Assembly (NCBI RefSeq): GCF_006345805.1
Contig: NC_042998.1
Location: 42,718,001 to 42,782,000, forward strand
Direction: 5' to 3'
DNA from: Octopus sinensis
Taxonomy: Eukaryota
Length of the DNA stretch: 64,000 nucleotides
Under the pieces are notes generated by a model. It searched no databases. It was not told where the DNA came from and was given only the letters and a program-made list of their open reading frames with translations. This document shows positions 22,321-36,075 of this stretch, in pieces. Both the position numbers and the translations under genes were made by a program. The first letter of the stretch is position 1. The number at the start of each line of letters is the position of its first letter.

Positions 22321-24164
22321 CTAAATGCACCATCCAAGCGGGATCGTTGCCAGAGCAGCCAACTGGCTTCCGTACCCGTGGCACGTAAAAGGGCACCATT
22401 CGAGCGTGATCATTACCAACATCGCTTCACTGGCACATGTAAAAAGATTCAAGCGAGGTCATTGCCAGTACCGCCTGACTGACCCCCGTGCCGGTGGCAC
22501 GTAAAAGGCACCCACTACACTCTTGGAGTGGTTGGTGTTAGGAAGGGCATCCAGCTGTAAAAACTCTGCCAGATCAAGATTTGAGCCTGGTGCAGCCATC
22601 TGGTTTGCCAGACCTCAGTCAAAATCGTCCAACCCATGCTAGCATGGAAAGCGGACGTTAAACGATGATGATGATGAAATGCTATGCAGTGAGGCCAAAC
22701 CCAGAATCATATGTTTGTAATCTACATAGCCTGGTAGCCATGCCTGCTTCCATACATGTGATGGCAGGAAATGAGAGAATTAACATATAATTATAGTGAG
22801 GAGGATAGGAGATGAAGCACTGAAGGCCACTCTGAGCCTTATGAAGGAGATGACTAAGGATCAAGATATCTGGCACACTGCTGTACTCAAGAAGACTCGT
22901 CTGCCACAATAGAATTGATACTGGAGCTGGTGTCACTTAAAAAAGCACTTGTACTGGTGTCACATAAAAAGCACCCAGTACACTCTGTGGAGTGGTTGGC
23001 ATTAAGAAGGGCATCTAACCATAAAAACCATGCCAGAACAGACAATGGAGCCTGGTGTGGTCCTCTGGCCTTACCAGCTCTGGTCAAATTGTCCAACCCA
23101 TGCCAGCATGGAAAATAGATGTTACATGATGATGATGTAAGTGGTTGAGTAATCAATAGTGAAATAAAATTACAAGTTTATTCATTCATTTCTTGTGATG
23201 TGATCCTTGAAAGTTAATGTGCAGACTATATGGAATGTTGCCAGTTTAAGAGTGAGTCTTGGGTAGAATATTTGAGCAGGATCTTTAAGCATAGATAGAA
23301 ATCATGCATAGAAGGCATAATGTACTGGATATCGTTATAACTTCATAAAGTTGAATAGCGCATTTTCACATGTTTACTCGTGTGCAAACAGGTTAATATT
23401 GCTACAGTTTCTCTAGTTGCCTTCTTTCTGGCTTAGAAGTGGTTTTCAAATTATTGGTGTAAAAAAAAAGTTTATGTTCTAGAAAATGTTTTGAAGTAAA
23501 TAAAATTCCTTATGATATTCTTCAATTGAATGTAAACTCCACATATATGGAAATAGGAGAGTTCTGCGAGTTCATTTGCTGTTAGGGTGGGTGAATTCTA
23601 CTATTTTGGGTGCTTGTCCTGTCTGAGATATCTCAGAGAGAAAGAGGTGGGGTACATTTAAGTGTTGTTGCCTTGTTTACAAAATTGAGAATAAAAAATG
23701 GTAAAAGTAAAAGAGTGGAAAAAAACTGTGAGAGGGTAATGTGAATATTGCCCAAGGTGAATGACGGGGTGGTAGTAAAGTGTGAATCAAATTCTCACAG
23801 AACCTATCTCCCAAACAGCAATTCATTTCACTTCTGTTTAATGCAGGACAGAACTTGCAAGTTATGCACCATGTAAGAGAAAAGATTGTAAAGTAACAAG
23901 AATCTCCATTTGCTTTTCCACAGACAAGGAACTCAGCAAATACATTATTGGAGGCGGTCATAGTAAAAAGTGAAGCAGTTCTGATTTAATAAAGTTTATA
24001 TTTTATGTTTGGAATTGTTTATTTATTTTTGACTTATGTATGAAAGTCAAATGTTGATATTTCTCTTGAAAAAAAATGTATACTGGTAGAAAAATTTAAG
24101 GAAGAATAAAATTTATTAAACAGATAATGATTGTTTCATTTTTAAAATTTATGTTTTACATATA

Positions 24165-24505
24165 GCAGGCATGGCTCAGTAGTTAGAGCATTGGTCTCAC
24201 TATCATGAGGTAGTGAGTTTGATTCTTGGAATGGGCTGTGTTTTGTGTTCTTGAGCAAGACACTTTATTTCATGTTGCTTCAGTTCACTCAGCTGTAGAA
24301 ATGAGTTGCAACATTTCTGCTGCCAAGCTGTGTCAGCCTTTGCCTTTCCCTTAGATAACATCAGTGGCATAGAAAGGGGAGGCTGGTATGCATGGACGAC
24401 TGCTGGTCTTCCATAAACAACCTTGCCTGGACTTGTGCCTCAGAGGGGAACTTTCCAGATGCAATCCCATGGTCATTCATGACCAAAGGGGATCTTTACC
24501 CTTTT
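24165..24505 (+). mobile_element. SINE family E
   Basis: GCATGGCTCAGTAGTTAGAGC tRNA-like head and TTCTTGAGCAAGACACTTTATTTC core. Copies at 28878-29210(+, TSD ATGCACTGAG 28863/29214) and ~49070-49402(-); related variants at ~1880-2160, 30480-30797, 31740-31990 (-). Confidence 0.88.
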
Positions 24506-25573
24506 AACAGGTAAGCCACCAAAGAGATAGGCACAGCTGCTGAAATCAGCTCAAGGTGGCCATGGTTGATAAGAGACCAAAAGTGGAACCCTTCCATTGG
24601 TGAGGACTAGTTCAGTCCTTGCTACTTCACTCAGGCAAATTGTAAAGGCTAAAGGGGGGAAAATATTTGTGACCCTAAGAAACCTGTTAATGACACAAAG
24701 GTTCCAACATTGCAATGAATTTAGAAAGAGAGCTTGTAAAATCTCTGAATTACGCTTGCAGTTTTTGCATGGGGCAAAGAATCACCAATGTTTATTTCAT
24801 TCCAGATAATGTTTAAAGAATAAGATGCATTACAAACCTTTAAACCATAAAGCTTATTTTGCACAATTATTGTTAGACATCACATGCTTAAGGCTTAGTA
24901 CATGCTAGACAGGGTATCCCAGATTTAACTCTCTGTTTCAATGAAATTGAGCAAATTTTTTTAAAAACTCAGAATTTTATGTCTATTAGTTAATTATCAT
25001 ACAAAGACAAGTAGATTTATAAATTTTCAATAAAGTTTTGATACTTTATTGAAAATTTTCAACATGTATTGTGTCTGTATCCCTGCAAATTTCAAATCTA
25101 TTCTTAGCATTGCAAAACACATTTTGAAGCATTTCAGGAGTTATCTCCTACACTGCTAACTGAATGCATTCTTTAAGTTCAGCTAAACTATTGCTCTATC
25201 CCGGGGAGAGTGGTAGAAAAAAAATGATTGCAGCCAAATTGAAAAGAAGTTGTCATGGGCAGATAAGTGGGATCCAAAAAGAATGAAACTAAAATTATAA
25301 AAGAATTTATAAAAATTATAAAATTATAAGCAAAATTTTAAATTTATACACTTTTAACACAATATACTTAAATAATGGGAGTTTTTAAAAAAATTGCCCA
25401 ATTTCACTGTTCATTCTGGGACTCCCTGTATTTACTCAAAATTGAAAAGTTATTGCTTATTTAGTAGTTCATTCTGTTGTCTTGTAATGTGAGTTACTAG
25501 ATTTTGGCAGATTCTGTGTCAATAACATTTGGCTGCTAATTCTATTGTTCATAGTTTTTGTTTTGTATTTTAG

Positions 25574-25778
25574 CGAGCCCGGAGAGATTATGAAAGACAA
25601 GCCAATTGTTGATTCTACAGGGAAAAGTATTGGCAAATTTCGAGGTAACATTGGAAAACATGGCTTAGCTTTATTGCAATTGAAACCTGTTCTACAGATT
25701 CAAGATGGATATTTTGATTTGGACAATCACAAAGTGAAAGCTAAAATACCTGCATGGTGGCCAAATCTGAATATTTAG
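25574..25778 (+). CDS. IBA57: IBA57 terminal coding exon 6
   Basis: Acceptor ttttgtattttAG|; phase 2 fits. Reads (S)EPGEIMKDKPIVDSTGKSIGKFRGNIGKHGLALLQL...IPAWWPNLNI* (GKFR, GLALL, P.WW C-terminus). The six exons sum to 1242 nt = 413 aa + stop. Confidence 0.93.
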
Positions 25779-27354
25779 CAGTTTGAAGAAGCTAATTAAA
25801 TATCTTACTAAACCCAGATGTACCTAACCATCAGAAATTATAATAATTTATTAAAAATATGTTTGAATATCTGAAGATGTTTCTTGCTTATTTTAAGATT
25901 TTTTTCTGTTTCCAAATTATATAATTTTATAAAAGACATACTAAAACACACTTTTTAGATATCCTGATTTTATGAACAATCCAGAAAGTTTGATTTATTC
26001 CAGAAATGTTTTAGTTATAAATTAGATGTTCAGATAAAAGGTGTTGTAAACATATTTTGCTGGCATTTGATAATTAAATAATTGGGCCACATTCTTCTCT
26101 GATCTTGTTACCAAAACAACAATACAACCACATGTGATATTTGTAACAATATGAGTGTTTCCAATATTGTCAAGATTCAAGCAAGTGTTAAATTTCTATT
26201 CACTGTTTTGCTATTTTCTATCACAGCACATTAACAAAACCCTTAACCCACATTCTGCATTGTTAAATCACAAACACCTCAGATTTCAGTCATTTCCTTA
26301 ACCTAGTTCCTTTCTTCAGATTTATAGATGCTTCACTATCACAACCATTTATATACACAACTATGTTCATCATATCTCTATTAGGTCTGCTTGATCGAAG
26401 TTGACTCAGACTACACATCAACAGCAACAATGAAGACAAGTGCTCATTGCATACTCCTTCATTTTCTGCATACAAGTTTGATTCCTTATGAAAGTCATCA
26501 TCTACTTGGTAATTAACTCTTTTACTAATGAAGGGTAACTATATAGCTTAGACTATTGTTCTTATGTTTGTGAATCATCATCATCATCATCATCATCATT
26601 GTTTAACATCCGCTTTCCATGCTAGCATGGGTTGGATGGTTCGACTGGGGTCTGGGAATCCAGGAGGCTGCACCAGGCCCTGTCTGATCTGGCAGCGTTT
26701 CTACAGCTGGATACCCTTCCTAACACCAACCACTCCGTGAGTGTAGTGGGTGCTTTTTACGTGCCACCAGCACGGAGGTCAGTCGGGGCGGCGCTGGCAA
26801 TGGCCACATTCGGATGATTCTTTTATGTGCCACCAGCACTGGTATCACAACTACAATTTCCATTGATTTTTGAGCGATTTCGATTTCACTTGCCTCAACA
26901 GGTCTTCGCAAGCAGAGTTTTGTGTCCCAAGAAGGAAAGGTATGCAAAAAGTGGACCTCAAACTATTATCCTTACAACTGCTGATCATCATCATCATCAT
27001 TTTACATCTACTTTCCTTGCTAGCTTGGGTTGGACGTTTGATTGGATTCAATGGGTGAGAGGAGCACTTCTTACTTCAGTGTCACAGTTTTGGTATGATT
27101 TCAATGGCTAAATGCTTTTCATAATGCCAACTGCTTTACTGTGTGTACTGGGTACTTACAAGACTGAAGAACACCTTGGTCTGAGAGGAAGGATAGAAGA
27201 TATGGTGGTTGTTTTAAAGCAAGGTATTGTTGGGGGAGCAGGAACAGGTGAAGATTTATGGCCTCCATGTATTTTACACTGGTGCCAAGCAGTGAGAGCT
27301 GAACAAAAACACAAAGGCACACACACACACAAGTTAAATGATGATGATGATTTA

Positions 27355-27388
<34 letters not shown>

Positions 27389-30300
27389 CTTTTATTTGTT
27401 TGTCATTTGACTACGGCCATGCTGCAGCACCACCTTTAGTCGAGCCTAGTACTTATTCTATCGGTCTCTTTTGCCGAACTGCTAAGTTACAGGGATGTAA
27501 ACACACCTGCATCGGTTGTCAAGCGATGGTGGGGGGACAAACACAGGCATACAAATATATACACACACATATATACACACACACACATATACGACAAGCT
27601 TCTTTTAGTTTCCGTCTACCAAATCCGCTCACAAGGCTTTGGTCAGCCCGAGGCTATAGTAGAAGACACTTACCTAAGGTGCCATGCAGTGGGACTGAAC
27701 CCGGAACCATGTGGTTGGTAAGCAAGCTACTTAGCACACAGCCACTCCTGAGCCTATACAACAGATTTCTATGCATTTATCAAATTCACCTACAAAGCAC
27801 TGGTTAGTCTGGGGCTATGATAGAAGACGCTTACCTAGACACTGTGTGATGGTACTGATCCTGAAACCATAGGATTACAAAGTGTACTTCTTAACCATAC
27901 ATTCATACCCACACCTGCATGCATATGTGTGTTTGATAAAGAATTTTATTGATGTAAGGTATCATGAAAGAGAACAGCTGGAGGATATGTAGAGAAAATT
28001 GGTGATGTTGTGACTAAACAGTTTAAGTTTAGTTGTTATGCTATTATTTTCACCAATTATAGAGGTAAACTTTGGTTAAGCTAGAAAGAAGAGATTCGAT
28101 AGCATTAATAGGAATGTGACATAATTTTATGATGCTCAGAAAGATAGAGAACATTTTAATAATGTTAAAAGGTGCAAGGCAATATTTGGTGAAAGTGAGC
28201 TTTTTCTTAGCTGCTGTTGAGCTGGTAACTTGCAGTAAATATTCTGTTGGAAAATTGTCTACATACTATTTTGGTTTCATATACATATTATGTAAGATGT
28301 ATATTTGTATATTTTTTTTACTTAACACACACATGCTTGCACTCATATTAACTGAATCCAATCATTTAGACTATCCAAACCACAGGAAAAAAAATTAAAG
28401 AACATGAACCATTAACAACATTACTCTCAGTCCTGATTTCCAAAACCTGGAAGTGTCTATATTAACCAGACACACTGCTATCCTGTTCTCAAATTAAAAA
28501 TGAAAAGCTAATTTAACCTATAGAAATAATGAGATGAGATATGATGGAACTGAGTTTTACTTATGCCTCCAGTATATTTTGAAGTTTATTGAAAATGAGA
28601 AAGCTAGAAATGATTGAATGGCTTGTGAGAGCAATTCAAGTCATTGGAAGATAATTATAATTATTAATTGTATAGTTAGTGTGGAATTCATTGCAAGAAC
28701 TTAGATATTAATTATCTACAAGGACTTATGATAAAGTCATGAAGTATTATGCTGGACAAAATACTTTGCAGCATTTTGTCTGTCTTTACATTCTGAGTTC
28801 AAATTCCCCTGAGGTTGACTTTGCGTTTCATCCTTTTGGGATTGATGAAATAAGTACCAGTTATGCACTGAGGTAAAGGCGCATGGCTCAGTGGTTAAAG
28901 CATCAAGCTTACAATCGTGAGGTTGTGAGCTCAAATCCTGGACCGGGCTGCGTGTTATGTTCTTGAGCAAGACACTTTATTTCACTTTGCTCCAGTTCAC
29001 TCAGCTGTATAAATGAGTTGCAACGTCACAGGTGCCAAGCTGTATCAGCCGTTGCCTTTCCCTTGAATAACACTGGTGGCATGGAGAAGGGAGGCCAGTA
29101 TGGATGGGTGACTGCTGGTCTTCCATAAACAACCTTGTCCTGACTTTTGCCTGGGAGGGTAACTTTCTAGGTGCAATCCCATGGTCTGTGTCGTGACCAA
29201 AGGGGATCTCAGAATGCACTGAGATTGATGTAATTGACTGGCCCCCAACCCACAAATTTCAGACCTTGTGCTTACAATAGAAAGATTATATATAATTATT
29301 ACTTTCAATCATTAGTTATAATGGAGATGGAAAGATTTCACTAGTATGTTGGTATTGCTGTCAATGGAACCATTTAAAGTTTACCTTTCTTTGTGATAAA
29401 AAAAACAATAATGTAAACAACTGAATCTGAATTGTTTAGTCACATCTTCTGCATATTCTTCAGTTTTTCTCTTTCATAGTACACTACATTGACAGCATAT
29501 GGTACTTTTTCACCTAGAACTCATTGTCAGTTCACATCCTATGTACATACCAGTGCAGTCATCCCTTGCAAACATTCATTCAACAACTTGCTACTACCAT
29601 TAACTCAAAGATATGCTGTTTCTCCTCTTTGCCTCTTCTTTCACTATTACAATGTCTCTTGTTCTTTTAAACTAGCAAAGTGTCTAACAACTCCACATAT
29701 TGCACTTGCCTCCTCTCTTATCATTCCTGCTGTACTCAGCTCCCCAAATCACATACTAAGCATTTTACTTTATCATTTCTACCTTTAACTACAACTCTCT
29801 GGAATTTCCCTTTTTCTCATCATTATGCCTTTTATATTTTTCGTATATACTCTTTCTCTCTTTTACTCTTTTACTTGTTTCAGTCATTTGACTGCGGCCA
29901 TGCTGGAGCACCGCCTTTAATCGAGCAAACTCGACCCCAGGACTTATTCTTTTGTAAGCCTAGTACTTATTCTATCAGTCTCTTTTGCCAAACCGCTAAG
30001 TAACGGGGACATAAACACACCAGCATCAGTTGTCAAGCAATGCTATGGGGACAAACACAGACACACAAACACACACGCATATATATATACGTGCATATAT
30101 ACGATGGGCTTCTTTCAGTTTCTGTCCACCAAATCCACTCACAAGGCTATGGTCGGCCCGAGGCTGTAGTAGAAGACACTTGCCCAAGGTGCCACGCAGT
30201 GGGACTGAACCCGGAACCATGTGGTTGGTAAACAAGCTACTTACCACACAGCCACTCCTGAAAAGTGTAAGGTGTGAACTAAGTAAGATTTGGTTAATAT

Positions 30301-30987
30301 CTCCAGCAAGTCAAGCAACTGCATTGGTTTATGTGGAGGACGGGGTAGTTGTACTTCTGTCGACATGAAATGCATATGAATGGTAGCTACTGGATGAAAA
30401 TAAATATGCTTTGTTCTGAGACAGTACATAAATGAAAAGTAATGAGGTGAAAGGTGCTACAACAGGGTTTCCTTAAAAACTGGCACTCTGTCGGTTACAC
30501 TGACAAGGGTTCAAGATCAATGGAACAGCTTCCTTGTGAAATTAACATGCAGGTGGTTGCACACTCCACAGACATGCATACCTTTAACGTAATTCTCAGA
30601 GAGATTTAGTGCGACACAGAATATGACAAGGCTGGCCCTTTGAATTACAGGTACAATTCATTTTTTGTCAGCAGAGTGGACTGGAGCAACATGAAATAAA
30701 GTGTCTTGCTCAAGGACAAAATACACTGCCAGGAATCGAACTCATGACATGACGATTGTGAGCTGGAAACCCTAACCACTTCACCATGTGCCTTCACTAA
30801 TGATATAAAACAAAACAAAAAAACTGATTATGTGTCATACTGCAGACCCACCCAGTATGTGCTACTATTGAACAAAGGATATCAAAATTATAATGAGTAC
30901 ATACCTAAAAACATATATATCTACTTACCTACCGACCTACCTACCTACATATGCATGCACACACACACACACGCACACACGCACACA

Positions 30988-31041
<54 letters not shown>

Positions 31042-33843
31042 ACACACACACACACGACTAAAAACTACAGCTATCACTTGCAAGTGAGTATGATTTGGTA
31101 GCAGGCATCATACTTTCCACTAGTTGCTTTAGTTGCCTATTTAGTTGTGAGCATACATAGACATCTCAGAAATCCAGCAGAACATTCATAAGAGAAAAAA
31201 GAAATGCACCAGTATTTGGCTGATAGTCATTTCATCAGAATTGACAGGAGCAACAGGAAATGTTATGCTTTACATAAGGACACCAAGCAATGCTCACTCT
31301 AAGAACTGAATTCTCAATGTTATGATCATAAGCCCAACACTGTAACCACTTAACTACATACCTTCACCCCCACCCCCCACACACACAATTTATTGTTGGT
31401 TAATCCAGGATTAGTGAAATATGCTAATATGAAAAGTACTCACATTTGGGTAAATAATAATGTACAGTTCAAAAGAAAACAAAAATCAATAGACCAAACA
31501 AGCTTACTTACTGTAAAGACATGACAACTTGCTTTTAGCACCAAATTATTCCTAATTATTTTCTGTACAGCAGGTTTACCCCTTTGTACATATATCTACC
31601 AGTAATCTAGAATGAAATTTGATGTGGCAAAAAAATTCATCCTAGAGAACATATAAAGCAGGCATGGGTAACCTTCTTTTGAGAGACAGGCTGCATAAGA
31701 CATGGCTCATCATCTGACAGTAACTGCAATTAAAAAAAAAATCAAGATTCTTCCCCAGCCATATGCTCATAAGGCCGTTTCCTGGATTTTGTGGTGTATA
31801 TATTCCCTACCCTCTGGATGGTGTGCTGGTCTGTCACAGAATTACTCATTTTTGTCAGCTGAGTGGACTGGAGCAATGTGAAATGAAGTGTCTTGCTCAA
31901 GAACAAATGCCTCACTTGATCAAGGAATTGAAACCTCAGTCTTATGATCATGAGTGCAACACTCCAGCCACTAAGCCACATGTCTCCACATCATCCACTT
32001 TTTAATGTTCAGTCAGATTCAGCAAGTTGAAGAGTGGTACCATAGAGATAAATGGTTGGAATATCAGGGTTAGTGTTAGGGTGGTGCACTGGCAGAATTG
32101 TTAGCACACCAGGCAAAATGTTTAGCAGCTTTTCACCTCTCTTTGTGCTCTGAATTCAAATGCCGAGGTAGACTTTGCCTTTCATCCTTTTGGGGGTCAA
32201 TAAAATAAGTACCAGCTGAGCACTAGGAATGGTGTAAATGACTTAGCCCCTCCCACAACACTGCTAGCCTAATATTGAAACTTATATTGGAATCAGTGTT
32301 TTGTTATCTTGCAGAGCTGAGTTCAACTCTTCCTGTTGTTTTAACTTGGAGAAGGATGGATTTTACTTGCTTTAACTGCTCAAAATATACATGAAGATGA
32401 AAACTTATTTAGAGCTTGCTGTCATCCATGGGGATCATCATCATCATCGTTTAACGTCCATTTTCCATGCTGGCATGGGTTGGACAGTTTAACTGAGGAT
32501 TGGTAAGCTGGGAGGCTGAACCATGCTCCAATCTGATCTGGCAAGGTTTCTACAACTGGATGCCCTTCCTAATGCCAACCACTCCAAGAGTGTACTGGCA
32601 TGAGAGCCAGTCAGGTGGCACTGACCTTGACCATTCTCAAATTGTGCATTTTATGTGTCACTGGCACGGGAGCCAGTCATGTGGAATTGGCGTTGACCAC
32701 GCTCAAATGGTGTTTTTTATATGCTGCTAGCCAGTCAGGCAGTACTGGCATCAGCCATGTTCGAACGGTGCTTTTTACATGCTACTGACATGGGTACCAG
32801 TCAGATATTACTGACATCAGCCATGCTTGAATGGTACTTATTACATGTCACCGGCACGAGTGCCAGTCACATGGCACTGGTATTGGTCATGACTACAATT
32901 TCATGGCACTGGTATTGGCCATGCTTGAATGAACCTTTTTACATGCCACCGGCACAGGTGCCAGTCAGGTGGTACTGGCATCGACCATGCTTGAATGGTG
33001 CTTTTTACATGCTACCGGCACGGGTGCCAGTCAAGTGGCACTAGCATTGGCCATGACTTCGATTTCATTTGGCTCAATAGATCTTCTCAAGTACAGCATA
33101 TTGTCCAATGATTGAAGGGTACTTTTAAATGGGCCAGTTATGCAACACTGGCATTGGCCATGGTTATGATCTCACTTGGACTGCTGGGTCTTCTCAAGCA
33201 CAGCATATCTCTAAAGGTCTCAGTCGCTTGTCATTGCCTCTGTGAGACCCAAAGTTTGAAGGTTGTGCTTCACCACCTCATCCCATGTTTTTCTGGGTCT
33301 ACTTCTTCCACAGGTTCCCTCCACTGTCAGGGTGTGACACTTCTTCATATAGATGTCTTCATCCATAGTTAAGAAGTTCACATCTCAACCACATGCCTCT
33401 ATATAGTACTATGTTTGGGCAAGTTGCCAAAGATCAACCAAAGCTTTCTGAGTGGATTTAATTAATGGAAATTGAAAGAAGCTCATTATATGCGAATGTG
33501 TATATACATGCGCATACTTTCAAATTCACATGCACACACACATACATATACTGCTGAGTGGACAAACAAAAGAAAGTGGCACTCAACACATTTGGCAGGA
33601 GTTACACATATTATTATTTGATAAGGGCTTGATGAGATAGTTTTCGTTTGACAAGCCTATGAAATTTAAAGTTGCATTGAGTCAAATGAAATTACTATTA
33701 AATAATAATAATAATAGTTTCAAATATTGGCAAATGGCTAGCAATTTTGGGGGAGGGTTAAGTCAATTACATTGACCCCCCCCCCCCCACTGCTGATCTG
33801 ATGCTTATTTTATCAACTCTGAAAGGATGAAATAATAATAATA

Positions 33844-33886
<43 letters not shown>

Positions 33887-34102
33887 GTAATAATAATTAA
33901 TCCTTTGTACTGCAGGCACAAGGCCGCAGATTTGTGGGGAGGGAACTACTTGATTACATCAACCCCAGTGTTTCACTGGTACTTAATTTATTGACCCCCA
34001 AAAGGAATGAAAGAGTAAGTCAAACTCTGCAGAATTTGAATGTTCCAATTCTTATTCTGTGTACCATAAAATCAAATTTCTGAATTTTTATCATTTCTTA
34101 TT

Positions 34103-34145
34103 TTGAACTTGACAAAGACTGACGTACTGTTGAAATACTGTTCAA
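34103..34145 (+). ncRNA. Minimal hammerhead motif, degenerate upstream copy
   Basis: TTGAAC-TTGACAA-A-GACTG(acgta)CTGTT-GAAA-TACT-GTTCAA: perfect stem I, one mismatch in stem II, cleavage-site TATC changed to TACT. Confidence 0.5.
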
Positions 34146-34490
34146 TAAAATATCTTACAATCTTCGTCTTGACTGTTTACCTTTGTGAAGAGTTACATCA
34201 ATCCTTTTTTAAAATATAAAAATCAAGTAGATTGAGATGATTGATTTTATGGTACACAGAATAAGAATTGGAACATATAGAAATTCTGGAAGTCACCAAA
34301 GCAGCCGGGTGTCTAAGGAAAATCGTAATGTAAATTACAGCTTTTGCGTTTTATTCCTTCTCACGGTTGGCTTGTCGGCCCTGTTAGTTTTGCTAGACCC
34401 CAGTGTTGAACCCAATCCTGGGCCCATGGATTTCATGCCATTCAAATATGAATCAGAAATTAAATTTCTGAATTTTTATCACTTCTTATT

Positions 34491-34533
34491 TTGAATTTGA
34501 CAAAAACAGACGTACTGTTGAAATATCGTTCAA
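34491..34533 (+). ncRNA. Minimal hammerhead motif, U3-A8 variant (downstream copy)
   Basis: TTGAAT-TTGACAA-A-AACAG(acgta)CTGTT-GAAA-TATC-GTTCAA: stem I with one G-U, U3/A8 covariant core, perfect 5-bp stem II, predicted cut after C34527. Confidence 0.65.
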
Positions 34534-34604
34534 TCAAATATCTTACAATCGAATCGCACTCTTCGTCTTAATAATAATAATAATAATAACAATAATAATA
34601 ATAA

Positions 34605-34670
<66 letters not shown>

Positions 34671-34672
<2 letters not shown>

Positions 34673-34888
34673 TCCTACGCAAAATACTTCTTTGTAATCT
34701 CAAGTTTTAAAACAAACATAATTTTCGTATGGTTTTTTAGGCATTCACTAGTACAACACTAAGTACAAAACCAAATATATGGCACCCTAGTCATAACACC
34801 AACATGAACTTCCAACTTGTTGTCTCTTGAGGTCTCTGGGTGAGACTTGGAGCCAGCTTGTGCAAATGTAAAACAAAAGTCAAACATA

Positions 34889-34890
<2 letters not shown>
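34671..34890 (+). mobile_element. 3' terminal fragment of an R4/Dong-like non-LTR element in (TAA)n
   Basis: Begins ATC CTA CGC AAA ATA CTT (ILRKIL, like the ORF end of RLE elements), then a UTR and an (AAT)n tail. Confidence 0.55.
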
Positions 34891-34940
<50 letters not shown>

Positions 34941-34963
34941 CATAATAATAATAATAATAATAA

Positions 34964-35519
34964 ATGCCCTGATGCAGTACCAGGCAGTAGCACTCATGGC
35001 TTCTGATCTTAACTGATTGGAAGTGTTATCATGTACATTGTTTTGTCTTGGTATAAAAGATGGGCTACAGCAAATATTCTGCTCAATACCACAGATTTGC
35101 TTGTCAGTTGTTTGACCTTAACCAGTTGAGCATGTCCCTTAGTGGCTGAAGATATGTGCATCTCTGATCACGAGCAGAAGTAGTGGGGGAGCATCATAGC
35201 CATGTGTTGAGAGGGATTCTTTGGGGTTTGAATAGTTCACCTCTGGAAACATGGGTGGTTCTTTCAACATCCTTAAACAACCCTTATTCAGGGACCGTTT
35301 GAGCGGGATGGGCTACTCAACCTGAAGAAAATTCTAACTGGGTCCCACCTGCAAGGTCATGTGCTGTTTATCTTGATATGAGATCACCATGTCGCGCACA
35401 TATGGTTGTGATGCATGTGCCTGGTGTACCTTTATCAGACGGGTAGTCATGATGGGTATATTGGACTTCGTATATTTTACCCCAGTGTCACTTTGATGGC
35501 ATGAACTGCTCTCTCACTC

Positions 35520-35520
<1 letters not shown>
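34964..35520 (+). mobile_element. ~560-bp non-coding interspersed repeat flanked by (AAT)n
   Basis: TGCCCTGATGCAGTACCAGGCAG...CTGCTCTCTCACTC-AATAAT; a second, more diverged copy at ~36078-36638. Confidence 0.8.
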
Positions 35521-35555
<35 letters not shown>

Positions 35556-35849
35556 AGTAGTAGTAGTAATAATAATGACATTGATAATAATCATAATAAT
35601 AATAATAATCCTTTCTACTATAGGCACAAGGCCTCAAATTTGGGGGAGCGGAATAGTCGATTACATTGACCCCAGTACTCAACTGGTACTTAATTTATCA
35701 ACGCCAAAAGGATGAAAGGCAAAGTTGAACTCGGTGGAATTTGAGCTCCGAATGTAACGGCAGACAAAATATTGCTAAGCATTTCACCTGGTATGCTAAC
35801 AATTCTGCCAGCTCGCTGCCTTAATAATAATAATAATGATAATAATAAT

Positions 35850-35880
<31 letters not shown>

Positions 35881-35961
35881 GTTTAGCGTCCGCCTAAATG
35901 ATAATGATGATGATGATGATGATTATTATCATTATTATTATTATTAAGGCAGCGAATAATG

Positions 35962-36075
<114 letters not shown>

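Larger units (their letters stand above)
34069..34569 (+). mobile_element. Non-autonomous Penelope-like derivative: two ~100-110 bp direct repeats (pLTR-like) flanking a short ORF
   Basis: Direct repeats ~34069-34170 and ~34457-34569, each carrying a hammerhead motif. ORF 34237-34494 lies between and into them. Followed by (TAA)n. Confidence 0.6.

Noticed and set aside
27112-27807. 231-aa ORF, and similar ORFs at 13807, 18559, 30030 and 41188
   Set aside because: Antisense translation of SINE family A and family D plus microsatellites; the same peptide recurs at each copy.
32590-33050. Repeat-spacer appearance suggesting a CRISPR array
   Set aside because: Eukaryotic context; whole units are diverged tandem copies within a LINE 3'UTR, with no unique spacers or cas genes.
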